Shown piece by piece: positions 20,350-29,801 of a stretch of DNA of 52,036 bases. The notes beneath the pieces are model-generated. The model saw only the letters and a program-made list of their open reading frames with translations. It was not told where the DNA came from and ran no database searches. Both the position numbers and the translations under genes were made by a program. Every line of letters starts with the position of its first letter. Within the stretch, counting starts at the first letter, position 1. The stretch lies in sequence record SRR31156797_7637; one strand, written 5' to 3'.

Positions 20350-21144
20350 ATGATAACAAATCGAATGAAACAGGCGCTTAAGGCTGGAGAAACCGTTTTC
20401 GGCACTTGGTCCATGTTGCCTTCTCCGGAAGTGGTGAGTGTGCTGAGTTCGGCGGGTCTTGATTTTGTCATTATTGACATGGAGCATGCGCCCATGTCCT
20501 TTGAAACGGCACAGAACCAGATTTATGCTATCGGAAACTATCCTTGTACACCGGTTATCCGGTTGGGTGAAAACAGTGAAGCTTCAATCCTCCGCGCTCT
20601 TGAGAGCGGCGCGCAATCTATTCTCGTTTCGCATATCTCTTCCGCAAAAGAGGCTGAGGCTGTTGTTCGGGCTGCGAGGTACTACCCGGATGGGGAAAGA
20701 GGCTTATCGCCATTTACTTTTCACCATGGGTATTCGGATGTTAAACTTCCTGAGAAACTGCATGCTGCCAACGAGCAGACCTTCGTCGGCGTTTTGGTTG
20801 AGGGAGAGGAAGGAATACACAATTTGGAGGAGATTGCGGACATCCCCGGTCTGGATATGGTCTATCTGGGGATTTATGATATGTCCCAGGTGTTGGGTAT
20901 TCCGGGCGAACTGAACCATCCGAAGGTGCTGTCTATGCTGAAGGATTGTGTTAAGATGGCGGAAGCAAAAGGCATTGTTGCCGGTTCAGTCGCAAGAGAT
21001 CAGGATTATCTGGCTCTAATGTTTGAACTTGGTTTTCGGTTTATTTCCTATCGTGTTGACAATGCAGTATTGAGGGAAGGCTTTGAGACGCCCCGTCATT
21101 GGTACAATGAATTGACTACGCGAAAGGAACAGAGTCAATCATGA
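20350..21144 (+). CDS. HpcH/HpaI class II pyruvate aldolase family protein
   Basis: DFVIIDMEH, YYPDGERG, LVEG, GIYDMS...GIPGELNHP. Confidence 0.88.
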   Translation: MITNRMKQALKAGETVFGTWSMLPSPEVVSVLSSAGLDFVIIDMEHAPMSFETAQNQIYAIGNYPCTPVIRLGENSEASILRALESGAQSILVSHISSAKEAEAVVRAARYYPDGERGLSPFTFHHGYSDVKLPEKLHAANEQTFVGVLVEGEEGIHNLEEIADIPGLDMVYLGIYDMSQVLGIPGELNHPKVLSMLKDCVKMAEAKGIVAGSVARDQDYLALMFELGFRFISYRVDNAVLREGFETPRHWYNELTTRKEQSQS

Positions 21145-22184
21145 ATAAAGGAGAATTGAAAGTCGGAATTGCGGGGTATGGTATAGTTGGAAAAAGGCGG
21201 CGGGAATTTATAGATAAAAACCCCTTTATGCGAACAGTGGCGGTGAGTGATATTCGATTTGGGAACTGCGGTACTTTGGACGATGGTGTGACGTACTATC
21301 CAGATTACAAATACCTTCTAGATGGTGATTTGGATGTGCTTTTTATCAGTTTGCCGAATTATTTGGCGGCAGGTGCCACAAAAGCCGCATTGGATCGTGG
21401 CCTCCATGTATTTTGTGAGAAACCGCCGGGTCGAGATGTCGCTGACATAAGGATGGTAAGAGAAATTGAAAAGGCCAGTCCGCATCTGAAATTGAAATAT
21501 GGTTTTAACCATCGTTATCATGGGTCGGTTCTGAAAGCGAAAGAGATCATTGAGTCAAGAAAGTATGGACAGCTTGTGAACTTCCGCGGTGTGTATGGCA
21601 AAAGCAGCATAGTGTCCTTTGCGAGCGGGTGGCGGTCTGAGAGAAAATATTCTGGTGGTGGTATTCTTTTGGATCAAGGTATTCATATGCTGGATATGTT
21701 GAGGCTTTTCTGTAGTGATTTCAACCAGGTCAAGAGCTTTGTCTCCAACGATTATTGGCAGCACGACGTGGAAGATAATGCTTTTGCCATTATGAGGGAT
21801 AAGTCGGGTCGCGTAGCTTCGGTGCATTCCAGTGCTACACAGTGGCAGCATAGATTCCGTTTGGAGATTGTTTTGCAAGAAGCGCTACTCGAATTATCAG
21901 GAATTCTGTCGAGTTCGAAAAGCTATGGCGAAGAAAAATTAAAAATTGTTCCCAGGGAAAATGAAAGCGTTATCGGCTCGGTGCATGAGACCAGTATCGT
22001 ATATCTTGAAGACAATTCATGGAAAGAGGAAGTTGACGAGTTTTCAGATCTCATCGCCCAAAACCAACCTGTGGTCAATGGAAACAGCTTCGATGCTCTA
22101 AAAGTTATGGAAATGGTATACAGAATCTATTACGCGGATGAAAACTGGCGGCTAAAATTCGGTATTCCAAATCCGGATGCGTGA
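21141..22184 (+). CDS. Gfo/Idh/MocA family oxidoreductase
   Basis: GYGIVG, HVFCEKPPG, GFNHRYH, GGGILLDQGIHMLD, VEDNA. Confidence 0.9.
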   Translation: MNKGELKVGIAGYGIVGKRRREFIDKNPFMRTVAVSDIRFGNCGTLDDGVTYYPDYKYLLDGDLDVLFISLPNYLAAGATKAALDRGLHVFCEKPPGRDVADIRMVREIEKASPHLKLKYGFNHRYHGSVLKAKEIIESRKYGQLVNFRGVYGKSSIVSFASGWRSERKYSGGGILLDQGIHMLDMLRLFCSDFNQVKSFVSNDYWQHDVEDNAFAIMRDKSGRVASVHSSATQWQHRFRLEIVLQEALLELSGILSSSKSYGEEKLKIVPRENESVIGSVHETSIVYLEDNSWKEEVDEFSDLIAQNQPVVNGNSFDALKVMEMVYRIYYADENWRLKFGIPNPDA

Positions 22185-22234
22185 GTTTTTCAAAGGAAAT
22201 TGCCTTGTGATGGAAAATGTTGAGATGCGCCCGA

Positions 22235-22261
22235 CTCGCGCAGAGGCGCCAAGGCGCGAAA
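22235..22261 (+). repeat. solo left arm of 8-bp-unit palindromic repeat (family A)
   Basis: ctc-gcgcagag-gcgccaag-gcgcgaaa matches the left arms at 51331, 51473 and 51951. Confidence 0.75.
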
Positions 22262-22307
22262 ATAAGGCATGGGATATTGGAAACCTTAAAAGGAAAGTTT
22301 CAGAGAA

Positions 22308-22925
22308 ATGAACAATATTGAACACGCGTGCTCGAAAGCGGATAAAATTAGCGATTTTGCGCGAGGATATTTTGAGTATTTGGACAAAATTTTAGCGCAT
22401 TTCGACGTTGTCGCATTGGATCAGCTTGCCGAAGCGTTTCAGGAAGCGAGAAGGGAAGGCAATACTATTTTTGTCATCGGGAACGGCGGGTCTGCAACTA
22501 CCGCATCAACCATGGCCAACGATATGGGGTTCGATGTCGTGAAAAAGGCACGAATCAATAAGCCTTTCAAAGTTCTTGCCCTAACAGATAATACCGGGGT
22601 GATGTCGGCCATTGCAAATGATGTCGGATATGAAAATGTGTTTGTTGGGCAACTGGAGATCCAATTCAGGGCTGGAGACATGATCATATGTATTTCTGCC
22701 AGCGGGAATTCGCCAAACGTTGTCAAAGCCGCTGAATGGGTAAAAGAACGGGGCGGGAAGGTTGTTGGATTACTGGGTTTTGACGGTGGGCGTTTGAAGG
22801 AAATTTGTGACATCGTGTTGCATGTAGAGGCGCAAAACGGGGAATATGGTCCGGTAGAAGATGCTCATCTGATTTTCAATCATGTTCTTACCAGTTGGTT
22901 TCAGTGCAAACTGAGAAAATCATAA
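22308..22925 (+). CDS. SIS-domain sugar-phosphate isomerase (GmhA-related)
   Basis: IFVIGNGGSA, AIAND.GY..VF, ISASGNSPNV, GFDGG, YGPVEDAH. Confidence 0.88.
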   Translation: MNNIEHACSKADKISDFARGYFEYLDKILAHFDVVALDQLAEAFQEARREGNTIFVIGNGGSATTASTMANDMGFDVVKKARINKPFKVLALTDNTGVMSAIANDVGYENVFVGQLEIQFRAGDMIICISASGNSPNVVKAAEWVKERGGKVVGLLGFDGGRLKEICDIVLHVEAQNGEYGPVEDAHLIFNHVLTSWFQCKLRKS

Positions 22926-22935
22926 ACATTTTATA

Positions 22936-23050
22936 GACAGGATCCACAGGATTCTCAAGAATTTTTTCCGCTTAAAGCGGAATGGTTATTTTTCGGCTTC
23001 GTTCGGAAACCGAGAAAGCAATATACCCAATTAATCCTGTTAGTCCTGTC
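22936..23050. repeat. intergenic inverted-repeat (MITE/REP-like) element, family B
   Basis: gacaggatccacaggatt (22936-22953) versus aatcctgttagtcctgtc (23033-23050): 15/18 inverted match; internal hairpin ttccgct-taa-agcggaa (22966-22982). Confidence 0.75.
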
Positions 23051-23087
23051 CAAACATAATAATTACAATTAGGCTGAGGCTGTGCAT

Positions 23088-24020
23088 ATGGGTATTTTGA
23101 AGGGTGCAAAAGTTTTGATTGGGCCATCGTCATTTGCGGTCACTGACAAATCGCCTTTGGAACGGCTGTTATCAGCTGGATGTGAAGTGATTGATAATCC
23201 GTTCAAACGAAAATTGACAAAACCGGAGCTTCTGAATTTACTGAGTGACAATGTTACGGGTCTGATAGCAGGGCTGGAACCTTTGGACCGTGAAGTTCAG
23301 CAAAAATCAAGCCTAAGGGTCATTTCCCGCGTTGGTTCCGGACTGTCTAATGTGGATTTGAGAGCGGCAAAAGAACTGGGTATAGCTGTTCGTTTTACAC
23401 CGGATGGGCCTACCAACGCGGTTGCGGAGTTGACAATCGGAGCTTTGCTCAGTCTGATTAGGTTTGTTCCTGAAATGGATACCGACCTCCATGCCGGCAA
23501 ATGGAATAAAAAAATTGGCTTTCAACTGGAGGGTAAAACAGTGGTTATTATTGGTTTCGGAAGAATCGGGAACCGTGTGGCGGAATTACTATCGCCTTTT
23601 GGGGTTAGAATTTTGGTTGTGGATCCCAATTTGGCAGAAAAAGATATCGATTATCCTGTTTTATTGCTCGCAGACGCTTTGCCGGAGGCGGATATCATCA
23701 CAATCCATAGCAGCGGGGAAGAATGTGTTTTAGGCACTGAAGAGTTTTTCAGATTGAAGCATGGCGTCTACATTTTAAACGCTGCTCGGGGCGGGTTAAT
23801 TTCCGAACCATTGCTAATCGAGGCTCTGGAATCTGGAAAAGTGGCGGGCGCATGGTTGGATAGTTTTCAAAATGAACCGTATGAAGGTCCGCTTGCAAAT
23901 TATCGGCAGGTAATCCTGACGCCACATGTTGGTTCATATACCTATGAATGCCGGAAAAAGATGGAAACAGATGCGGTGGAAAATCTGATCAATGCCTTTG
24001 CCGGGTCTGAACGCAAATGA
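23088..24020 (+). CDS. D-isomer-specific 2-hydroxyacid dehydrogenase (SerA-like, no ACT domain)
   Basis: ISRVGSGLSNVD, AVAELTIG, IIGFGRIG, NAARGGLI, ILTPHVGS. Confidence 0.9.
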   Translation: MGILKGAKVLIGPSSFAVTDKSPLERLLSAGCEVIDNPFKRKLTKPELLNLLSDNVTGLIAGLEPLDREVQQKSSLRVISRVGSGLSNVDLRAAKELGIAVRFTPDGPTNAVAELTIGALLSLIRFVPEMDTDLHAGKWNKKIGFQLEGKTVVIIGFGRIGNRVAELLSPFGVRILVVDPNLAEKDIDYPVLLLADALPEADIITIHSSGEECVLGTEEFFRLKHGVYILNAARGGLISEPLLIEALESGKVAGAWLDSFQNEPYEGPLANYRQVILTPHVGSYTYECRKKMETDAVENLINAFAGSERK

Positions 24021-24796
24021 TCCTCGAAAATAACGCAAATGATATTGAAGAACAATACCGATGCCTTTCTGTTGCGGAGAAGGCCTCGGAAAGGGCGGGA
24101 AATCATTTACAGGAGTTAATGGGTTCTCAAATCAATGTTGTAGAGGAACTTCCACGAGACATCAAATTGGAGGCGGACCTGGAATCAGAGTCCATAATTC
24201 TGGAGGTTCTCAAGCGAGAAACAGATTTTCCGATTTTGACGGAAGAGCGTGGGTTACTACTCGATCGCAAAACCAGTACAGAAACCGAATACCGGTGGAT
24301 CGTGGATCCTTTGGATGGCAGCCTGAACTTTTCACGCGGGATGCCAATGTGTTGTGTGTCCATTGCCCTTTGGCAAGTCGCCAAACCGATTTTGGGAGTC
24401 GTTTACGATTTCAATCGGAGTGAAATGTACAAAGGGCTGGTTTCCGAAGGTACGTGGCTGAACAACAAGCCAATCAGCCCTTCTGAAGTGGATGAAGTTT
24501 CAAAGGCGGTTCTGGCTACGGGTTTCCCGGTGAGCAGTGATTTTTCTGAAGCATCTATTATGGCTTTCGCCAAGGATGTTCGCGCTTACAAAAAGATCCG
24601 TCTTCTGGGTTCCGCCGCTTTGTCTTTGGCCTATGTTTCTTGTGGCAGGGTAGACGCATATAGAGAGGATAATATCAAGATATGGGACGTTGCGGCCGGC
24701 CTCGCATTGGTCAATGCAGCCGGAGGACGAACAGGTTGCCGCGGTTACCCGCAAGATGAAATTGTCGATGTCTGGGCCGGCATTGTAATTGATTAA
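24017..24796 (+). CDS. inositol monophosphatase family sugar-phosphate phosphatase
   Basis: ILTEE, WIVDPLDGSLNF, RLLGSAAL, WDVAAG. Confidence 0.92.
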   Translation: MILENNANDIEEQYRCLSVAEKASERAGNHLQELMGSQINVVEELPRDIKLEADLESESIILEVLKRETDFPILTEERGLLLDRKTSTETEYRWIVDPLDGSLNFSRGMPMCCVSIALWQVAKPILGVVYDFNRSEMYKGLVSEGTWLNNKPISPSEVDEVSKAVLATGFPVSSDFSEASIMAFAKDVRAYKKIRLLGSAALSLAYVSCGRVDAYREDNIKIWDVAAGLALVNAAGGRTGCRGYPQDEIVDVWAGIVID

Positions 24797-24844
24797 GTCA
24801 TATGCTTTAGGTTATCGGAGGAGGAAGTAATTCATTTAAAACCA

Positions 24845-26176
24845 ATGAAAATTGTTCATTTTGCAAAGAATATAGTGAACGGTGCGGGGAGGGCTGCGTA
24901 TCGATTGCACAGAGCGCTTTTGGATGAAGGCGCTGAATCCCTAATGCTTGTCAACAACAAAACCGGTTTTGATGATACTGTTGTTGGGCTTACGGGTCCT
25001 TCCATGGTTAGCAAAGGCCGCTTTCCAAGACTGCCGGGGGATTTCCTCAACAGGGCATCGGATTTACTCCCTTTTTTCATTCAAAAAGAAAGATGGGCTT
25101 TACTTAAGCGGAAATGGCAGCCGCGAACGCTTTTCAACATGAATATCTCTTTCGTTCCCATGAGGAGGCTGATGAAGTACACTGAAGGGGCGGATATCGT
25201 ATGCGTACATTCGGCGGAATCTGTCCTTTCGTCAGATATGGTACGAAAGATTTACGAGCTCACCCTTGCACCAATCGTGTGGACTCTAATGGACATTGAG
25301 CCTGTCACGGGAGGTTGCCATTTTAACGATGGCTGCGATCGTTTCACCAATAACTGCGGAAACTGTCCACAAATATCCAACCCAATGGAAAAAGATATAT
25401 CCAGAAAGATCTGGAACCAGAAGAAAAGAGACTATGATGGAGTTCCTATGACTCTTGTTGCCGTTACAAGCAACTCAATGGAACAGGCCAGACAGAGTTC
25501 CTTGTTCAGAGACAGTAGGATTGAAAAGATTTTTTTGAGTGTTGATGAAACGATACGGAATAAAGTGGATATGTACGTTGCACGAGAAGCCCTAGGCCTG
25601 CCGAAGGACAAAAAGCTCATTCTGTTCGGTTGCTTTAGTCTGGATGACAAACGAAAGGGCGGAGACTATTTGTTGAACGCGCTTATGAAAATGCCAGAGA
25701 AAGTTGATCCGAAGACCAGCGATTTTGTTGATTCCATCGTTTTGGTCACTATGGGGAGAAAAGGCTCTTTTGATGGAACAAAATTGCCTATGGAGTGGGT
25801 TCATCTGGGCGCCGTCAATGATGATAGAGTGGTTTCTCTGGTTTATAATGCATGTGACGTTTTCGCTTGTCCTTCCATTGACGATGTCGGGCCTATGATG
25901 ATCAATGAGGCATTTAGCGCAAGAACACCAGTGGTTGCTTTCGACTCTGGTGTTGCGCCAGATTTGATCTTATCAGACGATGCCGGCCATGTTTCCAAAC
26001 ATGGTGACACAAGTCGTTTCTGTGAGGGTATTGTGAAGTGTCTTTTTTCGCAAACAACATCTTCTGGCAACCCAAACAAGGTCAGTCGGTTAAGAGATTC
26101 GCTCAGACCCGAATACCAAGGGATAAAATACATCTCACTGTTCGAGGAGTTGCTTAAGAAGAAAAGAGTGAAGTAA
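24845..26176 (+). CDS. GT4-type glycosyltransferase (WcaC-like, Cys-rich insert)
   Basis: GAGRAAYRLH, TGGCHF..GC..F...CGNCP, RKGG, YNACDVFACPS, EAF...TPVVAF. Confidence 0.85.
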   Translation: MKIVHFAKNIVNGAGRAAYRLHRALLDEGAESLMLVNNKTGFDDTVVGLTGPSMVSKGRFPRLPGDFLNRASDLLPFFIQKERWALLKRKWQPRTLFNMNISFVPMRRLMKYTEGADIVCVHSAESVLSSDMVRKIYELTLAPIVWTLMDIEPVTGGCHFNDGCDRFTNNCGNCPQISNPMEKDISRKIWNQKKRDYDGVPMTLVAVTSNSMEQARQSSLFRDSRIEKIFLSVDETIRNKVDMYVAREALGLPKDKKLILFGCFSLDDKRKGGDYLLNALMKMPEKVDPKTSDFVDSIVLVTMGRKGSFDGTKLPMEWVHLGAVNDDRVVSLVYNACDVFACPSIDDVGPMMINEAFSARTPVVAFDSGVAPDLILSDDAGHVSKHGDTSRFCEGIVKCLFSQTTSSGNPNKVSRLRDSLRPEYQGIKYISLFEELLKKKRVK

Positions 26177-26248
26177 GTTGTTCGGTCAATTTAGGAATTC
26201 TCAACAGGATTTTGGGGAGTTGCCTTGAGAAGAATTTGAGGAGGCCTT

Positions 26249-27016
26249 GTGGGTTCAAAACCGGTTGTGTGCATAACCGCTGACGTTCATCATGACCTGG
26301 GGGACGCAGCGCCGAAATACAGCAGAAACGAGCATCAGCATGCACTTGAATATCAGAATGTTCTAGAGAAATATGGTGGAAAGGCAACCTATTTTGTAAC
26401 AGGAAAATGCCTGGATGATAATTCGGATTTTTGGAAATCCTTTTCGAAAAAAGATGTTGAGGTGGGGGGACACACATATTGGGCATTCAGGCCCAGAATT
26501 GTACTCAAACTCAACAGACTTCTCTTTCGTTCTATCTATGGCGGCCGCAAGTACCAGAAAATTGATGTTGAGAAGTGCTTCAATGCCTTCTCAAGACTTG
26601 GAATAAGAATGCGCGTGTGGCGCACTCACACTTACTTTAAAAGCCAATATGTCTATTCGCTTCTGGCTAGAGGGGGTGTAAGGATCATCTCAGATATCAG
26701 GAAACCGGAGTTGGAGCTAAGAACAATCAGAGGCCAAATCCATGTCCCTATTACATGCTTGAATGACGATAGAATTCATATGTTTCACTGCCACGGGGAT
26801 GGAGTTGAGATGATGCATGAGTGGTATCGGATAGAGAAAGACATTTTGGATAGGGCATACAAAAAAGATGATGTGGTAATTTTGCTTCACCCTAGTACAA
26901 TGAAAATGCTGGATGACTTCTGCTCTTTCGAAAAGGTTGTCACTGCCTTCAAAGATAGGGAATATCGATTTGTCACGATGAGTCAGTTGGTGAAAGAAAG
27001 ATTAGGTGCAAACTGA
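26249..27016 (+). CDS. polysaccharide deacetylase (NodB/CE4-like)
   Basis: CITADVH, KATYFVTG, EVGGHTY, ILLHP, YRFVTM. Confidence 0.75.
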   Translation: MGSKPVVCITADVHHDLGDAAPKYSRNEHQHALEYQNVLEKYGGKATYFVTGKCLDDNSDFWKSFSKKDVEVGGHTYWAFRPRIVLKLNRLLFRSIYGGRKYQKIDVEKCFNAFSRLGIRMRVWRTHTYFKSQYVYSLLARGGVRIISDIRKPELELRTIRGQIHVPITCLNDDRIHMFHCHGDGVEMMHEWYRIEKDILDRAYKKDDVVILLHPSTMKMLDDFCSFEKVVTAFKDREYRFVTMSQLVKERLGAN

Positions 27017-27058
27017 AAATGGAATTCTACGTTCCTCAAAAATAAAGTTGATTGTTCT

Positions 27059-27847
27059 GTGTTTTCGAGAAACGAAATAATTCGGTATTTTGACCAATTT
27101 GAAGACTATGGTGTCTATTACCAAGGGCCATGGAAATACTACAGGCATCATTGTACACGTATTTTGACTTGTGCATATGAATATTTTGACAATGATATAA
27201 AGGTTCTCGATTTGGGCTGCGGGAGAATGTCAAGCTTGCCGGCATTAGTTGCAGATGATCGGATAGCTGAATACTATTGCGTTGATTCTTCTCCGGAAAG
27301 CCTTAAGGCACTACGGGCTTCATTTGAGAATGTGACAAAAGTTAAGATTGTGGAATCAGAGATATGTAATTTTGCTGCGTCCTACTCCGGAAAATTTGAT
27401 ATCATTATCTTATTCGGTGTGATCATGTATCTGCCTCGACCCGATGTCCTCAAGCTGTTTGTTGAACTGAATCGGATTCTAAGCAGTGAAGGGATAATTT
27501 TCATTCATGAGCCAAATCAAAAAGGAAAAAAGGGGTTGGACGCATATGGTATGCCATTATCACGGCAGTTTTTAAATAAGATTACAGAGAAGATTGAGGG
27601 CTGTAATGTAGAAGAGCTACAAAGCTTTAATATAATCAGATTAAGAAGAATTATTTCGCTTTTTTTGAGAAGCCTATCGAAAGTCCTTGCAACTCTTGGT
27701 TATGAACCAAAGAAATCCGCGGTGTTCCGTCTAGTTTCAGAATTTGCTTGGTACGTAGAAAATAAATTGGAAATCCTTCTGGCACAAAAAATGCTGGGTT
27801 GCGATTGGGCCATCCTACTTCGGAAAGGTACTCCCGGGGGGAACTGA
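27059..27847 (+). CDS. class I SAM-dependent methyltransferase (start uncertain, see findings)
   Basis: VLDLGCG, CVDSS, FDIII, GIIFIHEP. Confidence 0.8.
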   Translation: MFSRNEIIRYFDQFEDYGVYYQGPWKYYRHHCTRILTCAYEYFDNDIKVLDLGCGRMSSLPALVADDRIAEYYCVDSSPESLKALRASFENVTKVKIVESEICNFAASYSGKFDIIILFGVIMYLPRPDVLKLFVELNRILSSEGIIFIHEPNQKGKKGLDAYGMPLSRQFLNKITEKIEGCNVEELQSFNIIRLRRIISLFLRSLSKVLATLGYEPKKSAVFRLVSEFAWYVENKLEILLAQKMLGCDWAILLRKGTPGGN

Positions 27848-27987
27848 GACAAGATGCTTTCAAACTTTTTCGTATCGTCTGGAGACCATCGACGGTAAGT
27901 ATTCGAAGGCAGAAATATGGGGCTCTCGATATATCATAAGGCTTTAGTAATTAATGATTATAGTGGTTTTTTTTAAAGGAAAAGCAT

Positions 27988-28548
27988 TTGAAGCTACTGG
28001 ACCTCGGATGTGGTATTAGAAAAAGAAATGGCGCAATTGGTGTGGACATTGTACAAAATCAAGTTGTTGATGTTGTTCATGACTTGAATCGGTTTCCATG
28101 GCCTTTTGATGATGACAGCTTTGATGATATTTTGATGGACAACTCGTTGGAGCATTTTGAGAGTGTTGTAAGAATAATGGAGGAAGTTTATAGGATTTCA
28201 AAACACGGTGCCGATATAACGATAAAGGTTCCATATTTTAGGAGCCATTATGCGATAGACCCCACTCATAGAAGCTTTTTCGCCTCTCATTCATTTGCTT
28301 ATTTCGATCCCTCCCATAGCTGGAATAAATATTATAGATACTCTAACATAAAATTCTATGTTAAGAGTGTAAAATTCGATGAAAACCGTCGCTATTCAAA
28401 ATTAGGGATGCTACTCTTCACCTTGCCTAGAAGGATAGCAAACAGTCGGCCAATGTTCTACGAGCGTTATTTAGCTCCATTTTTCCCCTTGAATGAAATA
28501 ACTTTCTATCTAGAAACCTTAAAATGTGGTAAGCCGGATCATGAATGA
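27988..28548 (+). CDS. short SAM-dependent methyltransferase (Methyltransf_11-like)
   Basis: LDLGCG, DVVHDLNRFPWPFDDDSFD, LEH, DPTH; TTG start after AAGGA. Confidence 0.85.
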   Translation: MKLLDLGCGIRKRNGAIGVDIVQNQVVDVVHDLNRFPWPFDDDSFDDILMDNSLEHFESVVRIMEEVYRISKHGADITIKVPYFRSHYAIDPTHRSFFASHSFAYFDPSHSWNKYYRYSNIKFYVKSVKFDENRRYSKLGMLLFTLPRRIANSRPMFYERYLAPFFPLNEITFYLETLKCGKPDHE

Positions 28549-28628
28549 CTTTGGCCCAAAGGGTTAATATGAGTTGCCAACAGCACTGCAACACACTGTT
28601 TTGTTAATAAAATATAGGAATAAAGAGG

Positions 28629-29681
28629 ATGGAACATAAGAAAATGAAGATTTTGATATTGGGCGCAAACGGATTTATTGGAAATGCGTTGGTTAAGGCA
28701 CTATTGAGTTCTAATGCTGTTGAGATATTCGGTTTGGATCTAGACGACGATAAGTTAGAGCATTCAATTGATAATCCAAGTTTCAACTTTCTTAGAGGGG
28801 ATATAAATATTACAAATGAGTGGATAGAGTATCATATAAGTATATGTGACGTTATTATTCCTCTAGTGGCCATTGCAACGCCAAATGTTTATGTGAAGGA
28901 TCCTTTGGCGGTTTTTGAGCTGGATTTTGAAGCAAATTTAAAAATTGTCAAATGGGTGGCCAAGTACAATAAGAGACTTATTTTTCCATCAACAAGTGAA
29001 GTTTATGGCATGTGTAACGACGAAATTTTTAACGAATATTCATCCCATCTCGTGCTGGGACCGGTTCACAAATCCCGATGGATTTATTCTGCCGCAAAGC
29101 AATTGCTGGACAGGGTCATTATTGCCTATGGAGCAAAGCACAAACTTGCGTATACGCTTTTTAGACCTTTCAATTGGATCGGTGCCAGATTGGACTCTCT
29201 AGAACGAGCGCAGCTCGGGAACGGAAGGGTTGTATCCATATTTGTTTATAATCTTCTTCACAACAAACCTCTGGTTCTTGTGGATGGAGGAGACCAAATG
29301 AGAAGTTTTACTTACATCGATGATGGAATCGCCGCCTTGAAAAAGATTATTTTCGCCGGTGACGGTTCGCTGAATGGAAAAATTTTCAACATTGGTGCTC
29401 CAAACAATTGCATTCCCATTAAAGAACTGGCGGAGATAGTGATTAGTGAATACGAAAATATATTTCCAGGAAAATTCAATGCCGGTGTGATTGAAAAACC
29501 CCAACAGGAGTTTTATGGTGAGGGCTATGAAGATATTCCATTCAGGGTACCCGATATTTCCGAGGCTAAGCGAATGTTGGGGTGGGAACCTGAGTACGAT
29601 GCTGAAAGAGCAATTCGGATGACCGTGCGAAGCTATTTGACAGACTTGGAAGATAGGTGCGGTTTGATAAACAATTTTTAA
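28629..29681 (+). CDS. UDP-glucuronate decarboxylase/oxidase, stand-alone ArnA C-terminal-like domain
   Basis: LGANGFIG, PLVAIATP..YV..PL.VFELDFEANL, FPSTSEVYG, RWIYSAAKQLLDRVI, FRPFNWIG, FYGEGYED. Confidence 0.9.
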   Translation: MEHKKMKILILGANGFIGNALVKALLSSNAVEIFGLDLDDDKLEHSIDNPSFNFLRGDINITNEWIEYHISICDVIIPLVAIATPNVYVKDPLAVFELDFEANLKIVKWVAKYNKRLIFPSTSEVYGMCNDEIFNEYSSHLVLGPVHKSRWIYSAAKQLLDRVIIAYGAKHKLAYTLFRPFNWIGARLDSLERAQLGNGRVVSIFVYNLLHNKPLVLVDGGDQMRSFTYIDDGIAALKKIIFAGDGSLNGKIFNIGAPNNCIPIKELAEIVISEYENIFPGKFNAGVIEKPQQEFYGEGYEDIPFRVPDISEAKRMLGWEPEYDAERAIRMTVRSYLTDLEDRCGLINNF

Positions 29682-29801
29682 TATCAAGATGTTGTATTGT
29701 ACATCTTTTTGGACCAGCCCTGAACAGACAATAAATAGACCTCCTCTTAATTATCCCCCCCACGAACTCAAAGTTATAGATCGAAACGATATTTAACCCC
29801 C

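Noticed and set aside
22308-24796. Housekeeping gmhA, serA and suhB assignments
   Set aside because: The SIS motifs deviate from canonical GmhA, the dehydrogenase lacks an ACT domain, and all sit in a glycan cassette, so symbols were withheld
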